Shown here piece after piece: positions 32,395 through 41,541 of a stretch of 64,000 nucleotides of DNA. The notes below the pieces were generated by a model. The model saw only the letters and a list, made by a program, of their open reading frames with translations, made no database searches and was not told the origin of the DNA. Position numbers and translations under genes: made by a program. Numbering within the stretch: the stretch's first letter is position 1; each line of letters opens with the position of its first letter. The DNA comes from Candidatus Xenobia bacterium. Lineage in GTDB: Bacteria > Vulcanimicrobiota > Xenobia > Xenobiales > QWHO01. Where the stretch lies: NCBI GenBank assembly GCA_045863235.1, contig BTUM01000032.1:1-64000 (forward strand), read 5' to 3'.

Positions 32395-33490
32395 GCCCGG
32401 TGAGCGCGTCCACGACGAAGCGGCCATCCTTGCGCACCAGCACGTCGTCGAACCAGAGCTCGCCGCCCTCTTCCTGACGCAGCACCAGATCCCAATGGAC
32501 GTTGGAGCGGTTGTGATTCTGGGTCTCCTCGTAGCACTCTCCCAGAGCCAGGTGCAGGCTGCCCCGAATTTTCTCGTCAAAGAGGATGTCGCGCATCGGC
32601 TTTTCGATGAACGGGTTGAAGGCCACCGCAAACTCCCCAAAGTAACGGGCCCCCTCATCGGAGTTGAGAACCGCTTCCAGCGCCGCGTCGTTGGAGCACG
32701 ATGACTTCACCACGCGACCCTTCTCGAAAGTCAGCCGAATGTCGTCGAAAGCCGTGCCCCGGTAGATGGTGCCGGAATTGAAGTGGATGTGTCCCTCCAC
32801 GGAATCGCGCACGGGTGCAGTAAAGCACTCGCCGTCGGGGACATTGTGCGTACCGGTGCAGGGAACCACCCCCACGCCCTTGATCGAGAAGCGAAGGTCG
32901 GTATCGGGGCCCACGATGCGCACCTTGTCGGTTTTCGCCATCAGCTCCTGGAGCGGCTTGACGGCCTTCTCCATGGCTTCGTAGTCTGCCAGGCAGACCT
33001 TGAAGTAGAAGTCTTCGAAAGCCTGGCTGGACATACCGGCCAGCTGGGCCATGGAGGCGTTCGGCCAGCGCAGCACCACCCAGCGAGTGTGCTTGACTCG
33101 TTGCTCGAGGTGGACCGGCTTCATCCATTCCTTCTCGTAGATGCCCATGTGCTCGGAGGGTACGTCGGACATCTCGGTGATGTTGTGGGCCCCACGAAGC
33201 CCGATGAAGGCCTGCATCTTCTGCATGCGGTTCAGCTCGAGCTGACCCATCAGCTGCATGCGCTGGCGCACTTGCTCGGCCGTACCGGCCCGGAGGAGAG
33301 CCCGCTGAATGGTGTGATCCTTCAGCTCCACGATGCTCACCGCCCCCCGCTCGGTGGCCTCCTCGACCAGGGCGGTCAGCATCTCGGGAGGCACGTGGGT
33401 GGCCTCGATCAACACGTTGTCCCCCTTCTCGAGGCGGGTGGAGTGGGAAACGAGCAGTCGGGCGAGCTCACGGTAACGAGGATCGGGCAT
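32351..33490 (-). CDS. Aminopeptidase, M29 family (AmpS/AmpT-like)
   Basis: N.PDGE.FTAP, GEFA, ILFDEKI.G..HLALG, N.S.VHWD. Confidence 0.9.
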   Translation of the reverse strand: MPDPRYRELARLLVSHSTRLEKGDNVLIEATHVPPEMLTALVEEATERGAVSIVELKDHTIQRALLRAGTAEQVRQRMQLMGQLELNRMQKMQAFIGLRGAHNITEMSDVPSEHMGIYEKEWMKPVHLEQRVKHTRWVVLRWPNASMAQLAGMSSQAFEDFYFKVCLADYEAMEKAVKPLQELMAKTDKVRIVGPDTDLRFSIKGVGVVPCTGTHNVPDGECFTAPVRDSVEGHIHFNSGTIYRGTAFDDIRLTFEKGRVVKSSCSNDAALEAVLNSDEGARYFGEFAVAFNPFIEKPMRDILFDEKIRGSLHLALGECYEETQNHNRSNVHWDLVLRQEEGGELWFDDVLVRKDGRFVVDALTGLNPENLAGRKPALV

Positions 33491-33645
33491 GTCGGAAGAC
33501 CTCCAGTGCAGGGTGAGCGGTGTTTATCGAAAGGGCAAGAGGGATCCTGCCTTCGACACGAGCGGGGCTTCCGGTGCGCGACGCCGGTTTGCGGCCGGGT
33601 GACTCGGGCAAGGGGTTTCGGGCTGCGCTCCTAGAACTGCCGCCC

Positions 33646-34437
33646 ATGAGCACCCTGCTGGCTGCCCTGCCGGCTCCTCAGCGGCTTCACCAGAAAGCCC
33701 GTCGTGAGCGTGCGCCGGGCTATCCCGAGCGCTTCCCCGTGCCTGACGACCGGGTGAGCTGGGGAGTGGCCTTTCCCGAGTATCACCCGCCCGTCTTCAC
33801 CGACCCGCGCCTGCTCGCTCAGCCCTGGGCCGATCCCGAGTGGAGTCCTTCCCTGGATCGGTTCGCCAGCCTGGAAGGCGAGTTGGCCCGGGACGGGCAG
33901 GGCCGCCCCCTCAACCCGTGGGGGCGCACCGGGCTGGCCGGCCGGGGGCGCCTGGGTCGACATGGGGCCAATTTCTCCGCCGATCCCATCTTGACCCGGG
34001 TGCGGGAAGGGATCCTGGAAACTGTCTTGATCCAGCGGCGCGACTGCGGTCAGTGGGCCATTCCTGGAGGAATGGTGGACCAGGGGGAGGACTTTCGCGC
34101 GGCCGCCCGCCGTGAGTTACTGGAGGAGACCGGTCTGGACTTTGATTTCGGGCCGGCCGGCTCAGTCGCCCGGGGCTATGTGGACGATCCGCGCAATACC
34201 GACCACGCCTGGATGGAGTCGGAAGCCTTCCACCTTCACTTGAGCCAGGGTGGGGTGGAGCCAGTGGGCGGCGACGATGCTCGCGAAGCAGCCTGGGTGC
34301 GGGTCGATCGAGGTCTGATGGATCGGCTCTACGCCAGCCACTGGGTCAGTCTTGCCCGGGCGATCGCGAATCTGGAACGCCTGCTGGTGGCTGAGGTCGC
34401 GGTGGATGGGACAGTGACTCAAAGGCCATCGCTCTAG
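33646..34437 (+). CDS. NUDT9-like ADP-ribose pyrophosphatase (Nudix)
   Basis: P.NP.GRTG..GRG.LG.HG.N..AD, WAIPGGMVD, RELLEETG, GYVDDPRNTD.AW.E, LYASH. Confidence 0.85.
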   Translation: MSTLLAALPAPQRLHQKARRERAPGYPERFPVPDDRVSWGVAFPEYHPPVFTDPRLLAQPWADPEWSPSLDRFASLEGELARDGQGRPLNPWGRTGLAGRGRLGRHGANFSADPILTRVREGILETVLIQRRDCGQWAIPGGMVDQGEDFRAAARRELLEETGLDFDFGPAGSVARGYVDDPRNTDHAWMESEAFHLHLSQGGVEPVGGDDAREAAWVRVDRGLMDRLYASHWVSLARAIANLERLLVAEVAVDGTVTQRPSL

Positions 34438-34470
34438 GCCCGCCCCTGTGGCGGTGTTGACCGCCCGAAC

Positions 34471-36927
34471 TCAGCCCACGACCAGATTGAGGAGTTTGCC
34501 GGGTACGCTGATCACCTTCTTGACCGACTTGCCCTCCAGGGCCGACTGCACCTTCTCCAGCTCCAGGGCCTTACGCTGGATGGTGGCCGGATCGTCGGAA
34601 GCGGGCACGGTCAACTTGTCGCGCACCTTGCCGTTGACCTGAACCACGATCTCCAGGGTGTGCTCGACCAGGTAGGCCTCGTCCCAGGTGGGCCAGGAGG
34701 CCAGCGTGGGAGCAAAGATGGATCCCTCCTGGCCCAGGCGATTCCACAGCTCCTCGGCATGGAACGGGGCGATGGGGGCCATCAGCACGAGGTAAGTCTT
34801 GACCGTCTCCAGGGAGATCGAGTCGGGCTCGCTGCGTTTCTTGTCGATCAGGAAGTTGAGCCACTCCATGAGGGCGGCCACCGAGGTGTTGAGATGCAGC
34901 CGCTCGATGTCCTCGGTGATCTTCTTGATGGAGCGATGGGTCCAGCGCAGGACCTCGGGGTCGACCTCGGGCTCGGCCTTGAAGCTGTGTCCGCCGAGCA
35001 GGTTCCAGACCCGCTTGAGCCAGCGCGACACGCCCTCGATGCCCGAGTCGCCCCACTCGGCGTCCACCTCGGGGGGGCCGATGAAGAGCTCGTAGGCGCG
35101 CAGGGCGTCGGTGCCGTAGCGGTTGACCAGCTCGTCGGGGGCAACCACGTTCCCCTTGGACTTGCTCATCTTTTCGACGCGGCCCGAGCTGCCTTTTCGG
35201 CAGATCATGCCCTGGTTGAACAGGCGCTTGAAAGGCTCACGGAAGTCCACGTAACCCAGATCGTAGAGCACCTTGGTGTAAAACCGTGAGTAGAGCAGGT
35301 GCAGCACGGCGTGCTCGATGCCGCCCACGTACATGTCCACCGGCAGCCACTGCTTCATCTCTTCCTGGGTCCAGGCCACCTCGTCGTTGTGGGGAGAAAC
35401 GTAGCGCAAGTAGTACCAGCTCGAGCAGATCCACTGGCTGAGGGTGTCGGTGTCGCGCCGGGCCGGGCCCTGACAGCTCGGGCAGGTGGTGTTCACCCAC
35501 TCCTCGACCGTGGCCAGGGGCGATTCCCCCGTGCCCGAAGGCTGGTAGCTCTCCACGTGCGGCAGCTTGACCGGCAGCTCGGTCTCTGGCACTGGCACCG
35601 GCCCGCATTTTTCGCAATGAATCATGGGGATGGGGGCGCCCCAGTAGCGTTGGCGCGAGATCAGCCAGTCGCGCAGGCGGTAGTTGATCTTCTTGACCCC
35701 CAGACCTCGTGTCTCGAGATCCTCGGTGATCTTCGCCTTCCCCTCGTCGGACACCATGCCGTCATAGGGTCCGGAGTTGAGCATCCTGCCGACTCCCGTG
35801 AAGGCTTCTTCAGGATTCCAGTCCGGCGGGGTCTCGATGACCTGCACGATGGGCAATTTGAACTTGTGGGCGAACTCGAAATCGCGGGTATCGTGGGCGG
35901 GCACGGCCATGATGGCGCCCGTGCCGTAGCTGAGGAGCACGTAATCGGAGATCCAGATAGGGATTTTCTCGTTGTTGACCGGGTTGACGGCGTAGCCACC
36001 GGTGAAGACTCCCGTCTTCTCCTTGTGCTCTTGCCGCTCCACCTCGCTTCGAGAGCGGGTCTGCGCGACGTACTCCTCCACCTTCGATCGCTGCTCGGCG
36101 GTGGTAATCTTTTCCACCATCTCGTGCTCGGGCGCCATCACCATGTAGGTGGCTCCGTAGAGCGTGTCGGGGCGAGTGGTAAAGATGCGCAGCTTCTGGC
36201 CCGTCCCGACGATCTCGAAGTCGACCTCGGCGCCCTCGCTCCGCCCGATCCAGTCCGATTGCATCTTCTTGACCTTCTCGGGCCAGTCGAGCTCGGCCAG
36301 GTCGTCGATCAGCCGCTGCGAGTAGTCGGTGATCTTGTAGAACCACTGGGGCAGGTACTTCTTGGTGACCTCGGCGCCGCAGCGCTCGCAAGCCCCGTCC
36401 ACCACCTCTTCGTCGGCCAGCCCGGTTCGGCAAGAAGGGCACCAGTTGATGGAGGCGGGCTTGCGGTAAGCCAGGCCGCGCTCGTAGAACTTGAGAAAAG
36501 TCCACTGGGTCCACTTGTAGTAGTCGGGCGAGGAGGAGTTGATCTCGCGGTCCCAGTCGTACATGGCGCCGATTTCCTGGAGCTGGCGCTTCATGTTGGC
36601 GCAGGAGCGACGGGTATACTTTTCAGGATGGTCGCCGTGCTTGATGGCCGCGTTCTCGGCCGGCAGGCCGAAGGCATCCCAGCCCATGGGATGGAGCACG
36701 CTGAAGCCTTTGAGCGCCATGTAGCGGCTCCACACGTCCGAGAGCACGTAGCCGCGCCAGTGGCCCACATGCAGACCTTCTCCAGAGGGGTAGGGAAACA
36801 TGTCCAGACAGTAATAGTTGGGCTTGCCCGGACGGGGCCTGGCCTTGTGCAGCTCGTGCTCGTGCCAGTAGGCTTTCCAGCGCTCTTCGATGGCCTTGAG
36901 GTTGTACTCGGTGGTGATGGTGCTCAC
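34471..36927 (-). CDS. leuS: Leucine--tRNA ligase
   Basis: MFPYPSG..LHVGH, FTTRPDT, GTGAIMAVPAHD, KMSKS. Confidence 0.98.
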   Translation of the reverse strand: MSTITTEYNLKAIEERWKAYWHEHELHKARPRPGKPNYYCLDMFPYPSGEGLHVGHWRGYVLSDVWSRYMALKGFSVLHPMGWDAFGLPAENAAIKHGDHPEKYTRRSCANMKRQLQEIGAMYDWDREINSSSPDYYKWTQWTFLKFYERGLAYRKPASINWCPSCRTGLADEEVVDGACERCGAEVTKKYLPQWFYKITDYSQRLIDDLAELDWPEKVKKMQSDWIGRSEGAEVDFEIVGTGQKLRIFTTRPDTLYGATYMVMAPEHEMVEKITTAEQRSKVEEYVAQTRSRSEVERQEHKEKTGVFTGGYAVNPVNNEKIPIWISDYVLLSYGTGAIMAVPAHDTRDFEFAHKFKLPIVQVIETPPDWNPEEAFTGVGRMLNSGPYDGMVSDEGKAKITEDLETRGLGVKKINYRLRDWLISRQRYWGAPIPMIHCEKCGPVPVPETELPVKLPHVESYQPSGTGESPLATVEEWVNTTCPSCQGPARRDTDTLSQWICSSWYYLRYVSPHNDEVAWTQEEMKQWLPVDMYVGGIEHAVLHLLYSRFYTKVLYDLGYVDFREPFKRLFNQGMICRKGSSGRVEKMSKSKGNVVAPDELVNRYGTDALRAYELFIGPPEVDAEWGDSGIEGVSRWLKRVWNLLGGHSFKAEPEVDPEVLRWTHRSIKKITEDIERLHLNTSVAALMEWLNFLIDKKRSEPDSISLETVKTYLVLMAPIAPFHAEELWNRLGQEGSIFAPTLASWPTWDEAYLVEHTLEIVVQVNGKVRDKLTVPASDDPATIQRKALELEKVQSALEGKSVKKVISVPGKLLNLVVG

Positions 36928-37004
36928 GGGAGAATTCCTTACTTGGTGTCAAGATTGGGCTGCTATTTCCGTGGCTCGGGACGGAAAATCCTTCAGGGCG
37001 GGGC

Positions 37005-37763
37005 TCAGGCTAGCTGAACCGGCCTGGCCTCGCGGAGCATGGCGCGAATGGGGTCATAGTCGGCGTCCGTGACGGCCGCAAAGCGCACCATCGGCAGGTT
37101 CTCCAGTTTCAGCTCCAGCAAGGTGTCGCGCAGTAAAGCTCTCAGGTCAGGCTGAAGGGCCAGGCTGGCCACCGCCGGCTGAATGGGGCTGGGGCCCAGC
37201 CGCTCCAGCACGCGAATCTGGCTCAGCAACTCAGGCCGAGCCTCGAGCTCGGTGTCCAGAACCGTGCTGTCCAGGGCAGACGCATCCACTCGTCCGGTCA
37301 AGATCCAGTCCAGCGAGGTCAAATGGGCGCCGGACTCCTGGCTGGATCCGAAAAACCGGTCCTGCCAGCCGCGTCGGGCCAGGTGGGCCCGAACCACATT
37401 GTATCCCGAGTGCGACTCGGACTCGTTGTAGGCCCAGCGCGCACCCCTCAGGTCGGCCAGGGTCTGAAATGGGCTGTTCGAGCGCACCACCACGTCCGAA
37501 AAGTAGACGGGTCTGTCCCGGTAGCGCGCACCTTTCATCACCGGAGCGGCCAGGAGCTCGAGCCGGTCCGCTTTCTCCACGTAAGGCAGGCCGCACAGAA
37601 AGCCAAGATGTGCTTCCCCAGCCAGCAGACGGCGCTGGCGCTGTCGCCAGGGAACTTGCTCCTCGAGCTGGACCGGCATCCCGAGTCGGTCGGCGAGCCT
37701 GCGGGTGACCTCGCGATAGGCGGGCGCATGGTTCTCCGAGAGCATGGAAACGGCCTTGAGCAT
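37005..37763 (-). CDS. PhnD-like phosphate/phosphonate-binding fold protein, no signal peptide
   Basis: CGLPY, Y.S.VVV, S.SGY, SG.H..S, D..ALDS. Confidence 0.75.
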   Translation of the reverse strand: MLKAVSMLSENHAPAYREVTRRLADRLGMPVQLEEQVPWRQRQRRLLAGEAHLGFLCGLPYVEKADRLELLAAPVMKGARYRDRPVYFSDVVVRSNSPFQTLADLRGARWAYNESESHSGYNVVRAHLARRGWQDRFFGSSQESGAHLTSLDWILTGRVDASALDSTVLDTELEARPELLSQIRVLERLGPSPIQPAVASLALQPDLRALLRDTLLELKLENLPMVRFAAVTDADYDPIRAMLREARPVQLA

Positions 37764-37824
37764 ACCAGGTGTATTCTGGAAACTTGCTCGAGAGCCTCGC
37801 GCTCTCCGAGCGACCGGAGGGAGA

Positions 37825-38541
37825 CTAGACCCGCAGGTACATCTCGAAGCTCTGGCAGGTGCCGTCGGCCTGAGCCACGACCAGATTGCCGTCCGCTCCG
37901 ATTGTGGCCTCCAGGGCCGCCCCCTGGGAGGTCTCGCCCCGCTTGTTGCCGGACATCTCGTAGGCTACCGGGGCCTCGCCCTTGCGCAGCTGAGTCTCCT
38001 GCCAGGTGCTGTCGTCCTCCACCACCACGGGCATAGCGCTGACCATTCCCGTGGGAGGCCCGGAGACGATCACCGTCTCGCGCTCGCCGCGCAGGTTGCT
38101 CAGATAACGGCTGTTGCCCTGGCTGTCGAGCTCCTGGCGGGCGGTCCGCTGATAGCTTTCGCGATAGGCGAGCGCGCCTTGTTGGGCCGGGATCTCCTGG
38201 CTGGTCTCCGGAGTCGAGACCGTCACGGTCTGCTCTCGCGGATCGAGCACGGTCTCCAGTCCCGTCTGCGGGTCTTTGGTGACCACCGTGCGATGAAAGC
38301 CTTCCCAGCCGCGGTAGGCCTCGAGCCGGGTCCCCTGGCTGTCGGTGGCGACCACTTCCTTACCCAGGATTCCCCACAGGATCGGCTTGAGCTCCACTCG
38401 AGCCGCCACCCCGGGTGCGGCGGTGGGAATCTCGTAGACATCGGTCTCTCCATCGCTGTGGACGACGCCGTTCTTCCAGGTCTGGGTGGCGGCCGAGCTC
38501 GGGGCCAGGCTGGGTCGGAACGCGAGGCTGGCAGTCTGCAC
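37825..38541 (-). CDS. Hypothetical beta-rich protein with S/A/P-rich N-terminus
   Basis: GGAGG RBS, GTG start, shared promoter geometry. Confidence 0.65.
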   Translation of the reverse strand: MQTASLAFRPSLAPSSAATQTWKNGVVHSDGETDVYEIPTAAPGVAARVELKPILWGILGKEVVATDSQGTRLEAYRGWEGFHRTVVTKDPQTGLETVLDPREQTVTVSTPETSQEIPAQQGALAYRESYQRTARQELDSQGNSRYLSNLRGERETVIVSGPPTGMVSAMPVVVEDDSTWQETQLRKGEAPVAYEMSGNKRGETSQGAALEATIGADGNLVVAQADGTCQSFEMYLRV

Positions 38542-38573
38542 GAGAAATCCCTCCGGCGATTGGTTTCCTCAAC

Positions 38574-38628
38574 AGTCTACGTCTTGGCGAGGTAACTTGT
38601 GCAAACTTGCTGTAAACCAGGTGTGAAC
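38574..38628 (-). promoter_or_regulatory. Putative promoter: GTTCACA/GTTTACA/GTTTGCA boxes plus -10 TAGACT
   Basis: 11-bp period; box 38611-38617 ends 31 nt before TAGACT 38574-38579. Confidence 0.6.
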
Positions 38629-38635
38629 GTACCGC

Positions 38636-39637
38636 TCAGGTCGGTCGAGCTTCCAGAATCGAGTAGAAGCCATGGGTGGGGATCACCCGCTCGAGCTTCA
38701 GATCCGCTGACGCGAGGAGCTTGCCATACTGCTCAGCGGTCCGCTCCCGGCCGCCGGTCATGACCAGCATGTTCAGATCCATCAGGTCGGCCATCCCGGG
38801 CTCGGCCGCCAACAACATCTCCAGGACCAACACCTTGCCGCTCTTGTCCATGGCGGTTCGGATGCTCTTGAGGATGGCCGTGCACTGCTCGTCGTTCCAG
38901 TCATGCAGGATGTGCTTGAGGAGATAGAGGTCACCCGAAGGAACCGACCTGAAGAAGTCACCGCTGATCTTGTCGGTGCGCTCGAAGATGCCGTGTCGGC
39001 GCAATTCCTCGTCGGCCTCGGTCAGCACGTGAGGCAGGTCGAAGAGCACGCCCCGAGCGTGGGGAGCCCCCTTCAGGGCCGCTGCCAGCAGAATTCCGTG
39101 ATTGCCTCCCACGTCCACGATGGTCTGGCAGCCCGAGAAGTCGTAGAACTGCGCCAGTTGCTCGGCCCAGGCCGAGGACATCGAAGCCATAGCCCGGTTG
39201 AAGTTGCTGCCCTCTTCGGGATGATGCTTGTAGTATTCGAAGATCTCCTCGGCCTGAACGCCCGGCAACACGCCTGTCTTGCCTGTTCTAACACAGTGAG
39301 GCAACTGGCCCCAACTGTTCCAATGGCCCGGGTCAGTTATCATGATAGCCAGCCCGGCCAGCGAGCCTGGTGCGCTGGAGGTCAGCAAGCGGCCCAGCGT
39401 GGTCAGTTCGAACCGTTCGCCGTCGGCGGTGGAAACCGCTTCCAGGGCGGTGCAGCCGCGCAGCAAGCGACGCAAGGCCTCAGGGTCGAGCTTGAGCTGA
39501 TGGGCCAGGTCACCGACCTGGGCGGGCAAGCCGTCGAGCACGCCCAGGCGGGCGGCGGTGGAAAGGGTCTGGCTGGCCCAGTACCCGGTCAACATTTGCA
39601 TCAACTTGATTTCTGGGGGATGGGTCGTCGTACTCAT
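38636..39637 (-). CDS. SAM-dependent O-methyltransferase (family 2)
   Basis: N-terminal dimerization wHTH; VDVGGNHG, FDLP, GDFF, KHILHDW. Confidence 0.9.
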   Translation of the reverse strand: MSTTTHPPEIKLMQMLTGYWASQTLSTAARLGVLDGLPAQVGDLAHQLKLDPEALRRLLRGCTALEAVSTADGERFELTTLGRLLTSSAPGSLAGLAIMITDPGHWNSWGQLPHCVRTGKTGVLPGVQAEEIFEYYKHHPEEGSNFNRAMASMSSAWAEQLAQFYDFSGCQTIVDVGGNHGILLAAALKGAPHARGVLFDLPHVLTEADEELRRHGIFERTDKISGDFFRSVPSGDLYLLKHILHDWNDEQCTAILKSIRTAMDKSGKVLVLEMLLAAEPGMADLMDLNMLVMTGGRERTAEQYGKLLASADLKLERVIPTHGFYSILEARPT

Positions 39638-39658
39638 GGGCCCCAGGTTTAGCCGAGC

Positions 39659-40705
39659 TCAGCGCGGGCTCCTCTTGCGAGGCGATTTGCGGAACAAGAA
39701 AACATACTCGTGCTTGAAGACGTAGAAGCCGCCGGCCAGCGCCCGGTAGCGCCACAGCTCCTTCTGGTGCCTCTTGCCGGCTGTGTCCTCGAAGTTCTTG
39801 ACGACGATGCTCTTGAGCGAGAAACCCAGATTGCAGATCTCCTGCATACTCTGGAAGCCCAGCGGGATCCACTCGCCCTCGGCATACTTGTCCCCGATGA
39901 CCAGCACCAGGTAGCGACCCGCGTCCAGCACACGCGACACGTTGGAAACGACCGCGCGCAGCCGTTGCAGGAAATTTGTGACATCGGTGGCGCGGGACAG
40001 ATCGTCGGGATTCTCGGAGAACTGGATGATGTCGAAGTAGGGGGGGTGCAGGATGGCCAGTTGCACCGAACTGGCGCCCACTGTCTTCAATTCTTGGGCC
40101 AGGTCGACCCGGCTCGAGTCGCCCTGGACGATGACCTGAGAAACACTGTGTGGATTAGGCTCGGACTTTATCAGTCCACGGGCGTGCTCGACCATGTCGG
40201 CCCGGAGCTCGACCCCAAGCGTGTGCCGCCCCAGCCGCTGGGCCTCGATGGGAGTGGTGCCCGAGCCGCAAAAGGGATCCAGGACCCACTCGCCCGCTCG
40301 GGTGTAGCGCTGGATCATCTGCTGGGGAATCTGGGGCACGAAGTTTCCCCAGTAGTCAGCCTTGTGCACGCCGGTCCCGTCACGTCGGGGGATGATCCAG
40401 AGGCTGTCGGTCTGGATCTCGGTGTACTCCTTCCAGCGATTCAAGTTGAGATCGCTGACCTCGGGAGTGCGCACCACCGTCAGCCCCTTGATCAAGCGAT
40501 CGACATAGTAATGAGCCCGTTCCAGTGTCTGGGAAGCCTGAATCTGCTTGAGCTCGCTCACCAGAAAGCGATCGTCTTGCACCTGACGTGCCAGTTGCTC
40601 GACAGCTTTCTGGACTCCAGCCATGGCCGTCGTGCCGCGCACCTCCCGCAGGCGTGCCACCAGCTCGGAGGGGTTGTGGCGGTTATGAGGTTGAGGCTCC
40701 AACAT
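39659..40705 (-). CDS. Amino (N4-C/N6-A type) nucleic-acid methyltransferase, orphan
   Basis: VLDPFCGSGTT followed by HPPY; GNFVPQIP; HEYVFLF. Confidence 0.8.
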   Translation of the reverse strand: MLEPQPHNRHNPSELVARLREVRGTTAMAGVQKAVEQLARQVQDDRFLVSELKQIQASQTLERAHYYVDRLIKGLTVVRTPEVSDLNLNRWKEYTEIQTDSLWIIPRRDGTGVHKADYWGNFVPQIPQQMIQRYTRAGEWVLDPFCGSGTTPIEAQRLGRHTLGVELRADMVEHARGLIKSEPNPHSVSQVIVQGDSSRVDLAQELKTVGASSVQLAILHPPYFDIIQFSENPDDLSRATDVTNFLQRLRAVVSNVSRVLDAGRYLVLVIGDKYAEGEWIPLGFQSMQEICNLGFSLKSIVVKNFEDTAGKRHQKELWRYRALAGGFYVFKHEYVFLFRKSPRKRSPR

Positions 40706-40774
40706 CGAACAGTTGAGAAGAATTCCATGGGAATCCTTCGAACTCCTGTTCGAGAAAAAAGTTCATGGGCCTAC

Positions 40775-41515
40775 TTACAGGACGTTGACCTCAAACTTGG
40801 CCAGGTCGAAATTCAGGAACGGGAACTCGGGGGGGAGGTCGGGTTGGACGATGAAATCATTGAGGGGATCGTCGGGGAAGAACTGGGGAATCGGATCCTG
40901 GATGCCCAGCGACTTCTCCAGGGTCATCGTTTGCAGGGCGTTGCCATTGATGTCCGGACCCTGGCCCGGAGTGTCGAGCACGCGACCGATGAAGGATCCC
41001 TGGAAGTTATCGGTAGTGAGCACGTGGGCCGTAAAGCGAGTGGCAGAGATGAACTGGTTGAGGAGATTGTTGGGGTCGTTGGGATCGAGCACGATCTCCA
41101 GGCCCGTGCCATCGGTCGTCAAATTCCAGGCATTGTTCATGCTTCCCGCCAGGGTGAAGGTGAAGCCCGGATTGGGGAGATTGGCCTGGCGGTGGTAGAA
41201 GTCGAGACTGCGACCGTCGAACCGGAGAAAATCGGTGAAGGTATCGATGTCGGTGATCTCGATCGGTTGCCCTGTGGCATTGAACAGGATAAGGTAGTAC
41301 CCGACTCCGGAAGTGTCGATCCGGCCATTCGGGTTCACCCGCAGGGTGAAACGCAGCAGCGCAGGTGTCGCGTCAGGCTGCTGGGTGGTCGGGTTGGAGG
41401 AGGAAGGTCCGCTGGCGCAACCGGTTGACAGGATTGGCACGAGCAGGCAGGAACCGAGTGCGAGGCCCAGGGCCGCGCGGGATGTCCATGAGCGAAAGTA
41501 AGAAAACCAGGTCAT
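40775..41515 (-). CDS. Hypothetical lipoprotein
   Basis: ILSTGC lipobox; start uncertain. Confidence 0.6.
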   Translation of the reverse strand: MTWFSYFRSWTSRAALGLALGSCLLVPILSTGCASGPSSSNPTTQQPDATPALLRFTLRVNPNGRIDTSGVGYYLILFNATGQPIEITDIDTFTDFLRFDGRSLDFYHRQANLPNPGFTFTLAGSMNNAWNLTTDGTGLEIVLDPNDPNNLLNQFISATRFTAHVLTTDNFQGSFIGRVLDTPGQGPDINGNALQTMTLEKSLGIQDPIPQFFPDDPLNDFIVQPDLPPEFPFLNFDLAKFEVNVL

Positions 41516-41541
41516 CAAAAGCCTCAGAAACCAGGAAACGA

